A stretch of DNA of 64,000 nucleotides from a bacterium (GCA_043803945.1 JAZDJN010000027.1:1-64000), one strand, 5' to 3'; numbered from the stretch's first letter, positions 18,987-29,437 are shown. The notes: a model not told the origin generated them from the letters alone. Numbers and translations: made by a program.

Positions 18987-19844
18987 TTGATGAAACAGGT
19001 AATCATTCTATGTTCATTCCTAATTAATGCCGCTCTTCTTTCAATTGCTGCCTTTGCTCAAGAAAAATCATCAATCCAACTAGATTCGCTTTTTAAGTCT
19101 AGAGTACAACTAGAAGAACAGGAGCTTTTTGATTTTCTTACAAATTTTAAATTTATATACATCGATAAACAAAATGAATTTAACAGAGCTCGTCAATTGA
19201 AAAGGATTGATAGTATCACATCAATTCTTCGTGCTTCTTGGAGGACAAGAAGCAAGATAAAACTCCTTAAATCATCTATAAGTACAAATCCAAATTCGAA
19301 TACGATGTTTCATATTGGTAAGTATGACTTCAAGCGAGAGGCATTTGAGATTAAGCTAGGTAAGGTACCTTTTGCAGATAAATTAGACGTTGAAGAAGAG
19401 ATTCTCAATAAATATTTAAGGAATAAAATACCGAGGAGCACAAATATTTTAGGCGCATATATACTGCTATTCCTTGACAACTTCCAAATGGATAAAAAAT
19501 ATTTTCTTCCAATGAATACTTCTAGTGCTGAAGAATTTAAGCGACGGATTGAAGAGTATGAAACACCATGTGAAGTCGTTATTGATTTTTTAAGCTTTAT
19601 CAAAGAAAGCATTAGTCTTGAATCTACAATTGGTTTCGATAATTACAAGAATTCTCAAAAAGCTAACTTTCAGGGGATGTCCAAAAACGAAAGAGAAAGA
19701 ATTCTGTTACAGCGATACCGATCACTATATCCATATAATCTATCGCACGAAGCATCTTTTTTTCTTGAAGTTACTTTCAGGATCGTAGCAATTAGATTTT
19801 TTGATGTTTTCACCGATAAATATATTGATTGGGTTCCGAGATGA
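18987..19844 (+). CDS. Secreted hypothetical protein (AT-rich islet)
   Basis: 285-aa ORF, signal peptide, IGKYDFKREAF motif. Confidence 0.7.
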   Translation: MMKQVIILCSFLINAALLSIAAFAQEKSSIQLDSLFKSRVQLEEQELFDFLTNFKFIYIDKQNEFNRARQLKRIDSITSILRASWRTRSKIKLLKSSISTNPNSNTMFHIGKYDFKREAFEIKLGKVPFADKLDVEEEILNKYLRNKIPRSTNILGAYILLFLDNFQMDKKYFLPMNTSSAEEFKRRIEEYETPCEVVIDFLSFIKESISLESTIGFDNYKNSQKANFQGMSKNERERILLQRYRSLYPYNLSHEASFFLEVTFRIVAIRFFDVFTDKYIDWVPR

Positions 19845-19961
19845 ACATCAGTAAATAGTATTTCTTTTTCTTCTAACAAGCTTTAATAAATGCATCTTAC
19901 CAAAGAGTAATAATAAAGACGTTTCAACATTAGGATATATTTCCTACTTATTATAGAAAAT

Positions 19962-21410
19962 TTGTCCCAGACAATTGAATATGTAAAGGCGGGCAATATG
20001 AACGCATCTAAAGTAATTTATATGAGTACTCTAATATTATCCTTCCCGTTTATCTTAGTGGGACAACCTTCATTAGATTGGATAAATAGAACTTCCACAA
20101 AAGAAAGCAATATCTTTAACTCTAGAATATTTTTCTTTCCAGACTATTTGTTCCATCCGCTTTCTAGATATCAATATTATATTTTTCCAGACGACGAATT
20201 CGAAGAACATAAATTGAAAGAAAATCAAAAGTCTTTTCAATTACTCTTCGCATCTCGATGGAAAAATGGTTTCTTACTACAAATACCAATCGATGTGGGG
20301 AATAAATTAACAAATAGTAGTTACTTTCAAATGGGGGTATATGATTTTAGATCGGAGTCTTTTCCATTGAGATTTGTTGGTGGCAATTTGGATTTTCCAC
20401 TTTATAGGGAAGATGTTGATCAAACGCACCTGCAGAATGTATCTCAAGCAAAAGGCACAAAATATGCGTATCCGGGCCGAGGTGCAATACGATTGAGATC
20501 GAGTAAACCTTCAACAACTTTTTTTTCTTTGAAGGTTCCGAAACATTTTGCTGAAATATTCAAAAGTGGTGTAATTTCAGAAGGAATTGGAATTCAACTA
20601 ATAATTGATTTTGAAAATTCGATTTCATATTCATCAGCTCAAAAACCTACAAATCATTTTAAAGAGCAGATAGGAATTTGGAAGTTTAATAAAATTAATG
20701 AACAAGCTCTTAATACATATTTGAAGGAATTTGGAAAAGTATTTGGAAGGCCAATGGAATTGATTCAATGCTTAAATTTGACAATAAAAATTAGAGGTTT
20801 TAGAATTGTTGATTATGAACAGATTATCCTTTTCGAGTGGATAGACAATTTAGCAACTCCTGGTTTATGGAAGATTGATTCAAAGAATTCAACATTCAGT
20901 GATCAGCTCATTATCGCTGAGCAACCGTTAGATACATTTATATCACAATGGGCGGAGTATCCATGGCATAGAGAAACTATCATCTCAAGTTACTCTATAG
21001 ATAAGAATCAGGTTTCTAAACAAGAATGGCAATCATTTTTATCTCGGGATCTATATAATACAAGGAATGGATTTTTGACTTCTACTTCAATGAGCTATCT
21101 ATCAGATGAATTTTCTTGGTGGGATTGTGATTTCTATTTAAAAAGAATTGGTAAAAGATTACCGTCGAATTATGAAATTCGGCAGGCCGTCTCAGATAAA
21201 CTTAAAAGCACTAATTCCAATAATAAGGCCTTCATTACTTTGATTAATTATCATAATGAGATTTGTAATAATTCGATAGATTTCAATAACAGGGAACACC
21301 TCTTTATTTCACGTAATGAAACCGGTCGATGGTCAAAGACCGAATTTGACATAGATGATGATTACTGGCATTGGTCGAACTCGATCGGTTTTCGCGGTGT
21401 ACATCACTGA
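19962..21410 (+). CDS. Hypothetical protein with degenerate C-terminal FGE-sulfatase (SUMF1-like) domain
   Basis: MGVYDFRSESFP; YSIDKNQVSKQEWQSF, SWWDC, GKRLPSNYE, IGFRG. Confidence 0.65.
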   Translation: MSQTIEYVKAGNMNASKVIYMSTLILSFPFILVGQPSLDWINRTSTKESNIFNSRIFFFPDYLFHPLSRYQYYIFPDDEFEEHKLKENQKSFQLLFASRWKNGFLLQIPIDVGNKLTNSSYFQMGVYDFRSESFPLRFVGGNLDFPLYREDVDQTHLQNVSQAKGTKYAYPGRGAIRLRSSKPSTTFFSLKVPKHFAEIFKSGVISEGIGIQLIIDFENSISYSSAQKPTNHFKEQIGIWKFNKINEQALNTYLKEFGKVFGRPMELIQCLNLTIKIRGFRIVDYEQIILFEWIDNLATPGLWKIDSKNSTFSDQLIIAEQPLDTFISQWAEYPWHRETIISSYSIDKNQVSKQEWQSFLSRDLYNTRNGFLTSTSMSYLSDEFSWWDCDFYLKRIGKRLPSNYEIRQAVSDKLKSTNSNNKAFITLINYHNEICNNSIDFNNREHLFISRNETGRWSKTEFDIDDDYWHWSNSIGFRGVHH

Positions 21411-21574
21411 TAATTTCTCTACGCTTATGATTAATTTGATAAATAATAAAAATACATCAAACCCTATAAATAATTGTGAAAAACCTTATTGAACCTAGGT
21501 ATTGGATTATCATTGTAGATTCTGAAATTGTAATATCAAACATCACTAACTAATCTTTCTACTGGCACCATACT

Positions 21575-22228
21575 ATGCCACTATCTGAGTTGAGCTGGAA
21601 GTTAATCCTTCTTTTTACTCCTGGGATTATATGCACTTTAACGATTGACATGTTGACAATTCATGCTCGTTGGTCACCATTCGATTTTCTAATCAGGTCT
21701 TTCATTTATGGTATCATTACTTATTTATTTTTACAGTTGCTACTCTTTACATATTTTGGAATTTATAGCGTTTACCATCATGAACAAATAACCATCGCTT
21801 ACTTATCTATTTGGCGATTAATTACGGAGCAAGGACAGACCGTTAATATCATTGAGATTACGGGGTCATCTATATTATCAATCATCGTAGGATTTATTGC
21901 TAGCAAGGTGATGAATGACAAAGTATTAATTAAGATTGGAAGGAAGCTAAAGATTACCTCTAAATTTGGAGACGATGATGTATGGTCATATTTCCTGAGT
22001 GATGACGAAGTACACTGGGTTTGGGTCCGATGTCCAAAAGACAATATTGTTTACGAGGGTTGGGTTCAGGCGTTTTCTGAATCAGAAAAATATCGAGAAA
22101 TCGTTTTACGAGATGTCAAAGTCTATGCAAACAACAATTCTTCCTTCTTGTATGAGATTCCCGCTGCTTATCTATCAGGGGAACCGAATGATTTATTCAT
22201 AGAGATTCCACCAGATCCATTTTTATGA
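21575..22228 (+). CDS. DUF6338-like membrane protein
   Basis: LLFTPGII, three TM helices, DVWSYF, WVWVR, YEGWV..FSE, EIVLRDV. Confidence 0.7.
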   Translation: MPLSELSWKLILLFTPGIICTLTIDMLTIHARWSPFDFLIRSFIYGIITYLFLQLLLFTYFGIYSVYHHEQITIAYLSIWRLITEQGQTVNIIEITGSSILSIIVGFIASKVMNDKVLIKIGRKLKITSKFGDDDVWSYFLSDDEVHWVWVRCPKDNIVYEGWVQAFSESEKYREIVLRDVKVYANNNSSFLYEIPAAYLSGEPNDLFIEIPPDPFL

Positions 22229-22285
22229 GAAAACATGTATTCATAAATCCCCATAATCCGATCGAAATATATATAGGAGATTATC

Positions 22286-22399
22286 ATGCGAAAAATACTT
22301 GCTGAGGGAACCGACAAGAAATCGATAAAGCCAAAACCACAAAAGCCACGTCCCAGCACACCTCCTCCACCACAACCAAGGCCTCATGGTGGAAGATAA
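22286..22399 (+). CDS. Unannotated 37-aa basic proline-rich micropeptide
   Basis: AGGAGA RBS then MRKILAEGTDKKSIKPKPQKPRPSTPPPPQPRPHGGR*; below the ORF-track length cutoff. Confidence 0.65.
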   Translation: MRKILAEGTDKKSIKPKPQKPRPSTPPPPQPRPHGGR

Positions 22400-22551
22400 T
22401 AATACAAGCACAATAACTTTAGTTGTAGATATTGACTTATAGCTATTTGAATTGGAAGAATATTCTTAACTAGTATCCAAATATCAGTAGGATCAATTGT
22501 ATGAGTATGTACGCTAACAATTCTAATATCTTATTTTATGAAAGGTACATT

Positions 22552-25416
22552 ATGAGACGATATCTTTTTGCCTTCTTATCCTTGTTATTCTCCTTCAGCA
22601 CACTCGCAGTTGCTGGTGAAAAGGGGAAAGAGTTTAAAATTCCGTATGAGAAATATAAGCTTGCCAATGGCTTGAATGTCATTCTCCATATGGACAAATC
22701 CGATCCCATCGCCTCGATCTACGTCTGTTACCATGTCGGCTCGAATCGTGAGACGAAGGGGCATACGGGATTTGCTCACCTGTTCGAACACATTATGTTT
22801 CAGGAGTCGCAGCACATTCCACAGGATCAGTTCTTTAAAAAGATTCAGGGTGCTGGCGGGACGTTAAATGGCTCGACAAATAATGACCGGACAAATTACT
22901 ATGAGACGGTTCCGAAAAATGCATTGGAGATGGCGCTCTGGATGGAAGCCGACCGGATGGGATTTCTGCTGAGCAAACTCACGCAGGAAGCATTCGAGAA
23001 TCAGCAGAACGTTGTGCAGAATGAGAAACGGCAAAACTACGACAACCGTCCACTCGGCAACTCAGGGTATGTGTTGAGCAAATTGCTCTACCCTGATATC
23101 CATCCCTACAACTGGCAGGTCATCGGCTCGTTGGATGATCTTGGTAATGCCAGCCTGCAGGATGTTATCGACTTCTATCGAAAATATTATGGCCCGCAGA
23201 ATGCAACACTGGTTGTTGCCGGCGATCTCGATGTGCCGCAAACAAAAAAATGGATTGAAAAATATTTCGGAGAAATCAAGGGAGGAGCAAAAGCTCAATC
23301 GCTTTCCAAGATGCCTGTGACATTGACGGAAACAAAGAAAGCATACTATGAGGATGATCTCACAAACTCCAATTCCTTTACAATGGCATTCCCGACGGTT
23401 GAAGAATACAACAAGGACTCCTATGCACTGAGGTATCTCGGTCAGTTGCTCGCGAGCGGAAAGAAATCTCCGATGTATCGTGTGCTTGTAGACGAGAAAA
23501 AACTGACTCCAAGCATGGGCGGAGGAGGCGGAGGCCGCGGTATGGGCGGCGGCGGTGGTGGAGCAATGAACAGGAGCATGGAACTGAGCGGATCATTCAA
23601 CATCTCGGTGCAGCCTTATCCCGATAAAAATCTTACCGATGTGGAATCCGCTGTGAAGGAAGCTTTTGAATTGTTCGAGAAAGAACGCTTCACCGATAAA
23701 GATTTGGAACGGCTCAAAACCGGTATTGAATTACAGTTCTATAACAGTATCGCCGGTGTTGCCGGAAAAGCTTCACGCCTGGGCGATCTGAATGAATATG
23801 CTGGTTCTCCCGACTTCCTGAATTCCGACCTCAACAATTCCCTCAATGTGACGAAGGAAGATATCTGGAGAGTATACAACCAGTATATCAAGGGGAAAAA
23901 TTATGTCGTGCTCAGTATCGTACCGACAGGGAAATCAAATCTTGTTGTACAAGGTTCAACACTGTTCGTTATACCTGAGGAGTCGATATCCAGGCAGGGC
24001 ACCGCGAAGAAGAGTGCAACTTCTGTAAAAGTTGAGCCAACCCCGACAAAATTTGATCGATCGAAGGAACCGCCGAAAGGCTCTAACCCGGCTGTGACGA
24101 TTCCAAAAATATGGACAGCGAACACAAAGAACGGAATCAAGATTTATGGTATTACCCATAAAGAACTTCCGCTTGTTCAATTCTCTGTCTCGCTGAAAGG
24201 CGGAATGATGCTCGATCCAAAAGATAAGATCGGCACATCTTCTTTGACCGCACGGCTGATGAATGAGGGGACCAAGACTAAAACTCCGGTGGAATTGCGT
24301 GAAACCATGCAGGACCTTGGTGTCAGTGTCTCGATGAGCAGCGGCGAAGAAACGTTTACGGTCTCCAGTAGCTGCCTCGCAAACAAACTCGCTGATGCCG
24401 TTGCTCTTGCAAAGGAAATGATGTTTGAGCCGCGATGGGATGAGAAGGAGTTCGCCCTGGCAAAACGCCAAACTATGGAATCCTTTAAACGGAGTGAAAG
24501 CAGCCCTGCCAGTATTGCCACAAGAGTGTTCGACAAGCTTGTCTATGGTGCCGATCATATTCTGGCGAGTTCTGCAAGCGGGACGGCAAAATCGATCGAG
24601 AGCATTACCATCGACGATCTGAAGAATTACTACAACAACTATTTCTCACCCTCCGTCGCTAAGATTATGGTGGTAGGGGACATTACCAAAGAAAAAGCAG
24701 TTGCTATGTTTGATGCATTGAAAGATTGGCAAGCAAAGGAAGTTAAGATTCCAAAGATTTCCGTCGAACCATCCAAAATGAAACCCGGCATCTACTTTGT
24801 CGATGTTCCGAATGCAAAGCAATCGGAATTCAGAGTCGGTCATTTGGGACTTGCCAGAACAAATTCTGATTACTACAAAGCGGTCGTCATGAATTACCAC
24901 CTTGGCGGTAACTTCAATGGAATTCTGAACATGATCCTGCGAGAGGAGAAGGGATACACATACGGTGCCCGTTCCAGTTTCTCCGGAACAACAAATCCCG
25001 GTACTTTCCAGGCATCATCGAGCATTCAGGGAAATGCAACCTTGGAAACCTCAAAAATCATCCATTCGGAGATCGATAAATATCGTCAGGGAATATCCCC
25101 CGAGAATCTTGCCCTCGTTAAAAGCACAATCCTGAATGGCGAGGCATTGAATTATGAGACTATTCGCCAGTTGGCTGGCATGCTTTCCCTGATTGTTCAG
25201 TACGATCTGCCGTTCGATTATGTCAAAAAGCAGCAAGAGATTGTCAAGAATATGAGCACGTCAGAGCATAAGGCACTCTCGGAAAAATATCTGCTGCCGG
25301 ATAAGATGATCTATCTCATCGTGGGTGATAAAGCAACTCAGTTTGACAAGTTGAAGGAAGTCGGCCTTGGAACTCCTATCCTGTTGGATAAAGAAGGAAA
25401 ACCGGTCGCACAATAA
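22552..25416 (+). CDS. M16 (pitrilysin/PqqL-like) zinc protease
   Basis: TGFAHLFEH (HxxEH), NGSTNNDRTNY, NEKRQ, LREEKGYTYG; signal peptide. Confidence 0.95.
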   Translation: MRRYLFAFLSLLFSFSTLAVAGEKGKEFKIPYEKYKLANGLNVILHMDKSDPIASIYVCYHVGSNRETKGHTGFAHLFEHIMFQESQHIPQDQFFKKIQGAGGTLNGSTNNDRTNYYETVPKNALEMALWMEADRMGFLLSKLTQEAFENQQNVVQNEKRQNYDNRPLGNSGYVLSKLLYPDIHPYNWQVIGSLDDLGNASLQDVIDFYRKYYGPQNATLVVAGDLDVPQTKKWIEKYFGEIKGGAKAQSLSKMPVTLTETKKAYYEDDLTNSNSFTMAFPTVEEYNKDSYALRYLGQLLASGKKSPMYRVLVDEKKLTPSMGGGGGGRGMGGGGGGAMNRSMELSGSFNISVQPYPDKNLTDVESAVKEAFELFEKERFTDKDLERLKTGIELQFYNSIAGVAGKASRLGDLNEYAGSPDFLNSDLNNSLNVTKEDIWRVYNQYIKGKNYVVLSIVPTGKSNLVVQGSTLFVIPEESISRQGTAKKSATSVKVEPTPTKFDRSKEPPKGSNPAVTIPKIWTANTKNGIKIYGITHKELPLVQFSVSLKGGMMLDPKDKIGTSSLTARLMNEGTKTKTPVELRETMQDLGVSVSMSSGEETFTVSSSCLANKLADAVALAKEMMFEPRWDEKEFALAKRQTMESFKRSESSPASIATRVFDKLVYGADHILASSASGTAKSIESITIDDLKNYYNNYFSPSVAKIMVVGDITKEKAVAMFDALKDWQAKEVKIPKISVEPSKMKPGIYFVDVPNAKQSEFRVGHLGLARTNSDYYKAVVMNYHLGGNFNGILNMILREEKGYTYGARSSFSGTTNPGTFQASSSIQGNATLETSKIIHSEIDKYRQGISPENLALVKSTILNGEALNYETIRQLAGMLSLIVQYDLPFDYVKKQQEIVKNMSTSEHKALSEKYLLPDKMIYLIVGDKATQFDKLKEVGLGTPILLDKEGKPVAQ

Positions 25417-25442
25417 TTCTATGGTACATAAGTTTCATTAAC

Positions 25443-25472
25443 AGAGTCCCGCTCAAAGCGGGACTTTCTTTT
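25443..25472 (+). terminator. Intrinsic terminator
   Basis: AGTCCCGCT-CAA-AGCGGGACT followed by TTCTTTT. Confidence 0.75.
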
Positions 25473-25672
25473 GGAATCCTTTTCCTGATACCCTCGAGGC
25501 AAGAGTATTGAAGATGCTTTCCAAGCTGTGAAAGAAAGAATAACATTGCCTTTGACATCGTCTTTATCCCAGCCGGCTTGACGATGATTGTAAAATGATT
25601 ATTTTGGCATAAAGTGTTGCATGTGGCCTGGCTGATAGCTCTGAAAAATGTTGAACATCACAAGGAGAAGCA

Positions 25673-26617
25673 ATGAGAAATCACATCGATCGTCGTCAAT
25701 TTCTCAAACGATGTTCGGTGAGAAGTTTAGGGATTCTTGTCAGCCCCAATTTAACCGGCATGCTTGCAGGTCAGTGGAGCGATGGATCTCCAGAGCACAC
25801 CGTCTCTGTTGTCGCAGGAGATCGATATTTCGAAAACACCATCAAGGCCATTGAAGCATTGGGAGGAATGAAACGATTTGTCAAGAAAGGTGCATTGGTC
25901 GCATTACTCATTAACTCCGTCTTCGACAGGCCCGGATCTGTTGTCCATACTGATATCCCTCTTGCTGTTCTCAAAATGTGCCTCGATGCCGGAGCGGGAA
26001 GAGTTCTCACCATCGAAAATACTCCGAGAATATTTTGGAAGATGGGTACGATGTCTGAGAAGTTCACGAAGGAGATCAATGGCATCGGATATTCATCAGA
26101 CAAAAAAAATGTGAACCTCCCCGGAGCTGTGTATCTAAAGCAAGGATCGGTGTCGTCTTCGCTTATCGCATGTGATGTCTTTATTAATATCCCGATTATC
26201 AAAGATCATAAGGGCACGCAATATACAGGGAACCTTAAAAACATGATGGGGGCATTCTCTTCAGCAACTTGCAGGCGTTGTCATTATGGAGATCAATCCC
26301 TTCTCACCCAAATATTCCAGGGTGCTTATGAGAAGGTGGAGTTGCTGACGCAATCCATAGCTGATTTAAACCTAGTTCGCACTCCTGACCTGAGCGTAGC
26401 GGATGTTACAGAGATATTGGCAACGAACGGTCCGGTCGGTCCGGGGAAAATTATCAGGCCGATGGAAATCGTCGCAGGTACGAATGCTCTTGCAGTGGAT
26501 ATGTATTGTGTAAAACATTTGGGACTGAACGTCGAAGAGACCGTGACGATAAGACATGCACAAGAGCATCACTTAGGTCCGAAGAGTCTGGCAGAGGTGA
26601 AGGTCCTCTGGAATTAA
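25673..26617 (+). CDS. DUF362-domain protein with Tat signal
   Basis: DRRQFLK twin-arginine, ALGGMKRFVKKG, FINIPIIKDH, LKNMMG, NGP. Confidence 0.85.
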   Translation: MRNHIDRRQFLKRCSVRSLGILVSPNLTGMLAGQWSDGSPEHTVSVVAGDRYFENTIKAIEALGGMKRFVKKGALVALLINSVFDRPGSVVHTDIPLAVLKMCLDAGAGRVLTIENTPRIFWKMGTMSEKFTKEINGIGYSSDKKNVNLPGAVYLKQGSVSSSLIACDVFINIPIIKDHKGTQYTGNLKNMMGAFSSATCRRCHYGDQSLLTQIFQGAYEKVELLTQSIADLNLVRTPDLSVADVTEILATNGPVGPGKIIRPMEIVAGTNALAVDMYCVKHLGLNVEETVTIRHAQEHHLGPKSLAEVKVLWN

Positions 26618-26748
26618 GAATGGGATTTCTTGCTCTGCCTAACGATTTCGCTTCTCGATGCGCATTCGTCTTGAGAGCAAGCAATATGGTAGAACCTGGA
26701 AGAGTTATAGGCAGTTAGTATTGGAGGAGGGGTCGATCCTCATCCACA

Positions 26749-27147
26749 TTAGTTGAGTGTTCTGACAGTTATGCCAGAGGATCCCCTCTTTGTAAGGAGA
26801 ACTGCCACAGGATTTAATCCATCCTCTCCCTTTACGGCATCTGCTCCATAACTGCAGGCGTAGACCTGGAGATTTTGCCCGGATCCACTCACCCAATATC
26901 CGATATCAGGCTCGTCAATAAAGAATTTAGTTAATACAAAGCCGGTGTATGATCCTCCGCCACCGCCGGTTTGAGTCGACCTAAGCTTGTATTGTTCAGC
27001 AAATTGGACAAGAAACTTAGCTTCCTGGAGTACCCTTTCCCTGGCACTGTCTGCATTGTAGTAGTCAAACATGCGTGTTCCTGCATAGATCGCCATGGAA
27101 ATAATGATAACGCTCAAGACTATCAGCAGCAATTGTTGTTGTCCCAT
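26749..27147 (-). CDS. Pilin-like protein with class III-type signal (MGQQQLLL family)
   Basis: MGQQQLLLIVLSVIII hydrophobic N-terminus, GGGGGSYTGF motif. Confidence 0.7.
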   Translation of the reverse strand: MGQQQLLLIVLSVIIISMAIYAGTRMFDYYNADSARERVLQEAKFLVQFAEQYKLRSTQTGGGGGSYTGFVLTKFFIDEPDIGYWVSGSGQNLQVYACSYGADAVKGEDGLNPVAVLLTKRGSSGITVRTLN

Positions 27148-27186
27148 TGATTACCTCCAACATAATATTAAAATAAAAGTCGAACT

Positions 27187-27636
27187 CTATTGAACGATCG
27201 GGGGTGGAAGTTTCAGCTCGACCAATGGTGTTGTACTCTGGTTGCCCTTGATTGTGAGGACAGCCTTCGTCCTATTTATTTTTCCCATGTAATATGCTTT
27301 TAGCAGTAACACGACACCCATTTTTTTGTCATCTGATATTGCATTCCACATTTCTTCATCGATGACCAGCGTTACGGTGGAGTCATTCTTTGACTTTACG
27401 AATCCTGTCTTTATCCACCCACTAATCGTTCCTTCCTGGTTGATGAAATTCAGAGAAATTCCAGGTTCGTTGCTGCTGGTGAACACATCGTACAGAATCA
27501 AAACCGCTCCAAGAACTACAACAACCAAAAGGTAACGAATAGTTCTCTTCAGCTTGGCGATCCGAACTCTTTCCCGCTGAGCAGCAGCTTTCTTTAAGCG
27601 CTTTATTTTCTCTGGGTCCCATTGTTGTATGGGCAC
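27187..27636 (-). CDS. Single-pass membrane hypothetical protein
   Basis: Basic N-terminus, one TM helix, RBS GAGGGG. Confidence 0.65.
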   Translation of the reverse strand: MPIQQWDPEKIKRLKKAAAQRERVRIAKLKRTIRYLLVVVVLGAVLILYDVFTSSNEPGISLNFINQEGTISGWIKTGFVKSKNDSTVTLVIDEEMWNAISDDKKMGVVLLLKAYYMGKINRTKAVLTIKGNQSTTPLVELKLPPPIVQ

Positions 27637-28171
27637 AGAATACCCCCTCGATGGTTCATCAGATCGCCTGTAATAACTACATCATAGGCTTAATTAGATA
27701 AATTTCTTAGAAAGAATCCAGAGCATTAATAATTAAACAATATGAATGCCTTCACGATGAAGCTAATCGAAGGAATCGAAAAGTGAACAGGCACGGGGTC
27801 ATGGTTCTATTATCGTCTCGATTCCTTTGTATTAACGCTAATTTTGAGACTTCTGGAGACAACGCCGCCCATCAATGTATCCTTCCACCATCCAAAGGGC
27901 GAGGATGTCGCCTTCCTTCAATCCAACCTTCTCCATTTAAACTTCTTCTCATCTTCCGCTGTACTGCCTTCCCCGTCATTGGGTTTGAGTTTGGTATATT
28001 GCACTACCCGCCATTTTGTGTGAACGCACTCCAATCGAAACTGAGAGTCAATGGGAAAGAAATATTTTCCTGCATCAATCCGAAGTGATATCATCCATTT
28101 ACTTTCTTATATTCTGCACATTATTACTTGTCATGGATAAACCTCTGATCGTCATCGTTTATAATGGAACA

Positions 28172-29437
28172 ATGGATCGACTGACAAAGGCAATACCTCC
28201 CAAATTGATTGCCGCCGGAGCAGTGCTGCTGCTCGCGTTGCCCGTGGTTGTGTATACACGGCTTGTATTTCTTTATATGGTCAACATTCCATTCCATGAT
28301 GATTATGAAATCATTCTGGATTTCATGAATAAGTATCTCCAGGCCGACACCCTTGGAGAAAAACTCTCATTGCTTTTTTCCCAGCATAACGAACATCGCA
28401 TGGTGTTTGGGCGAATTGTGGCACTGGTTCAATATTCCTTGCGTCAGGAGATAAGCCTGAATGACTCTCTGCTGATCGGCAATCTCGGATGGATTTGTGC
28501 GATAGCGATTATTATGATCGTTGCACAAAAGCACTATCGTTTAACTCTGGTCCAACTGTTACCCATTCCCTTCATTCTCCTGATACCGACACACTGGGAA
28601 ACGATGGTCTTTGCTTCTGCTGCAGCAAATTACTGGGTGATCGTTTTTTCACTTGTTTTTATCCTTTGCGTTGTGCACGATCGATTCGTTGGGGCGTGTC
28701 TCTTCTACCTCGCGGCGCTTCTGACATTCGGCAATGGACTGTTGTTGGGCTTGTTGGGACTCTGGTTCTGGGGGCGCCAGAAACGATGGAAACCGTTCTT
28801 TGTGTTTGGTGCGCTGATGGTTGTATCTACGCTTCTTTATTATGTGAATTACCAGAAGCCGGTCGATCATCCAATGGTTTTCGAAACGATTACACAACCA
28901 GGCGCAGTACTATCGTACATCGTTCTGTTTTGGGGCAGCATTCTCCCAATGAAAATCCCTGCCTTTCTGTTCGGCCTGGGAATGATCATCTACGCGATAC
29001 TCCATATGCTGAAGAGAAATCGGGATCACTTCCTGATTATGATTATTCTTTTTGTTGCTCTGACGAGCCTTGCTGCTGCGATCACAAGAAGCGGATTTGG
29101 AATCGAGCAGGCGCTCTCATCGAGAAATTCAATCTACGCACTCCTCCTTGTCGCGTGCTGCTACATTTCTATGATCACCTCAATCAGTCAAACTCAAATC
29201 AGGAATGGCGTTGCTCTCGTGATGATTTTTCTTGCCATACTATTTTGGCACACCAATGCAGCACGGTATGAAACAAAACTGTCGTTAAGAAAGTCTGATC
29301 GAATTGCAGGTTTTGCTAAACTCATCGAGAGGAAAGATCCTGCAAGTCTAATTCATCCGGATCAAATGCGAGCCGCAGCAATTCTCTTTACTGCCGAGAG
29401 TTTACATGTTTATCAGTATAAGCACTGGAATCGATGA
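28172..29437 (+). CDS. Polytopic membrane protein, GT-C-like glycosyltransferase candidate
   Basis: NIPFHDDY and QHNEHR in the first loop, about 10-11 TM helices, ITRSGFG..ALSSR; start uncertain (28016-28172). Confidence 0.6.
   Translation: MDRLTKAIPPKLIAAGAVLLLALPVVVYTRLVFLYMVNIPFHDDYEIILDFMNKYLQADTLGEKLSLLFSQHNEHRMVFGRIVALVQYSLRQEISLNDSLLIGNLGWICAIAIIMIVAQKHYRLTLVQLLPIPFILLIPTHWETMVFASAAANYWVIVFSLVFILCVVHDRFVGACLFYLAALLTFGNGLLLGLLGLWFWGRQKRWKPFFVFGALMVVSTLLYYVNYQKPVDHPMVFETITQPGAVLSYIVLFWGSILPMKIPAFLFGLGMIIYAILHMLKRNRDHFLIMIILFVALTSLAAAITRSGFGIEQALSSRNSIYALLLVACCYISMITSISQTQIRNGVALVMIFLAILFWHTNAARYETKLSLRKSDRIAGFAKLIERKDPASLIHPDQMRAAAILFTAESLHVYQYKHWNR

Noticed and set aside
19962-21410. 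Diversity-generating retroelement target
   Set aside because: No reverse transcriptase, accessory gene or template repeat in the window.
27640-28170. ORF 27783-28088 or a regulatory RNA
   Set aside because: No RBS, motif or convincing stems.
28489-29271. Long alternative-frame and antisense ORFs (also 32437-33309, 57309-58010, 7666-8274)
   Set aside because: They overlap well-supported genes and lack motifs; treated as shadow ORFs.
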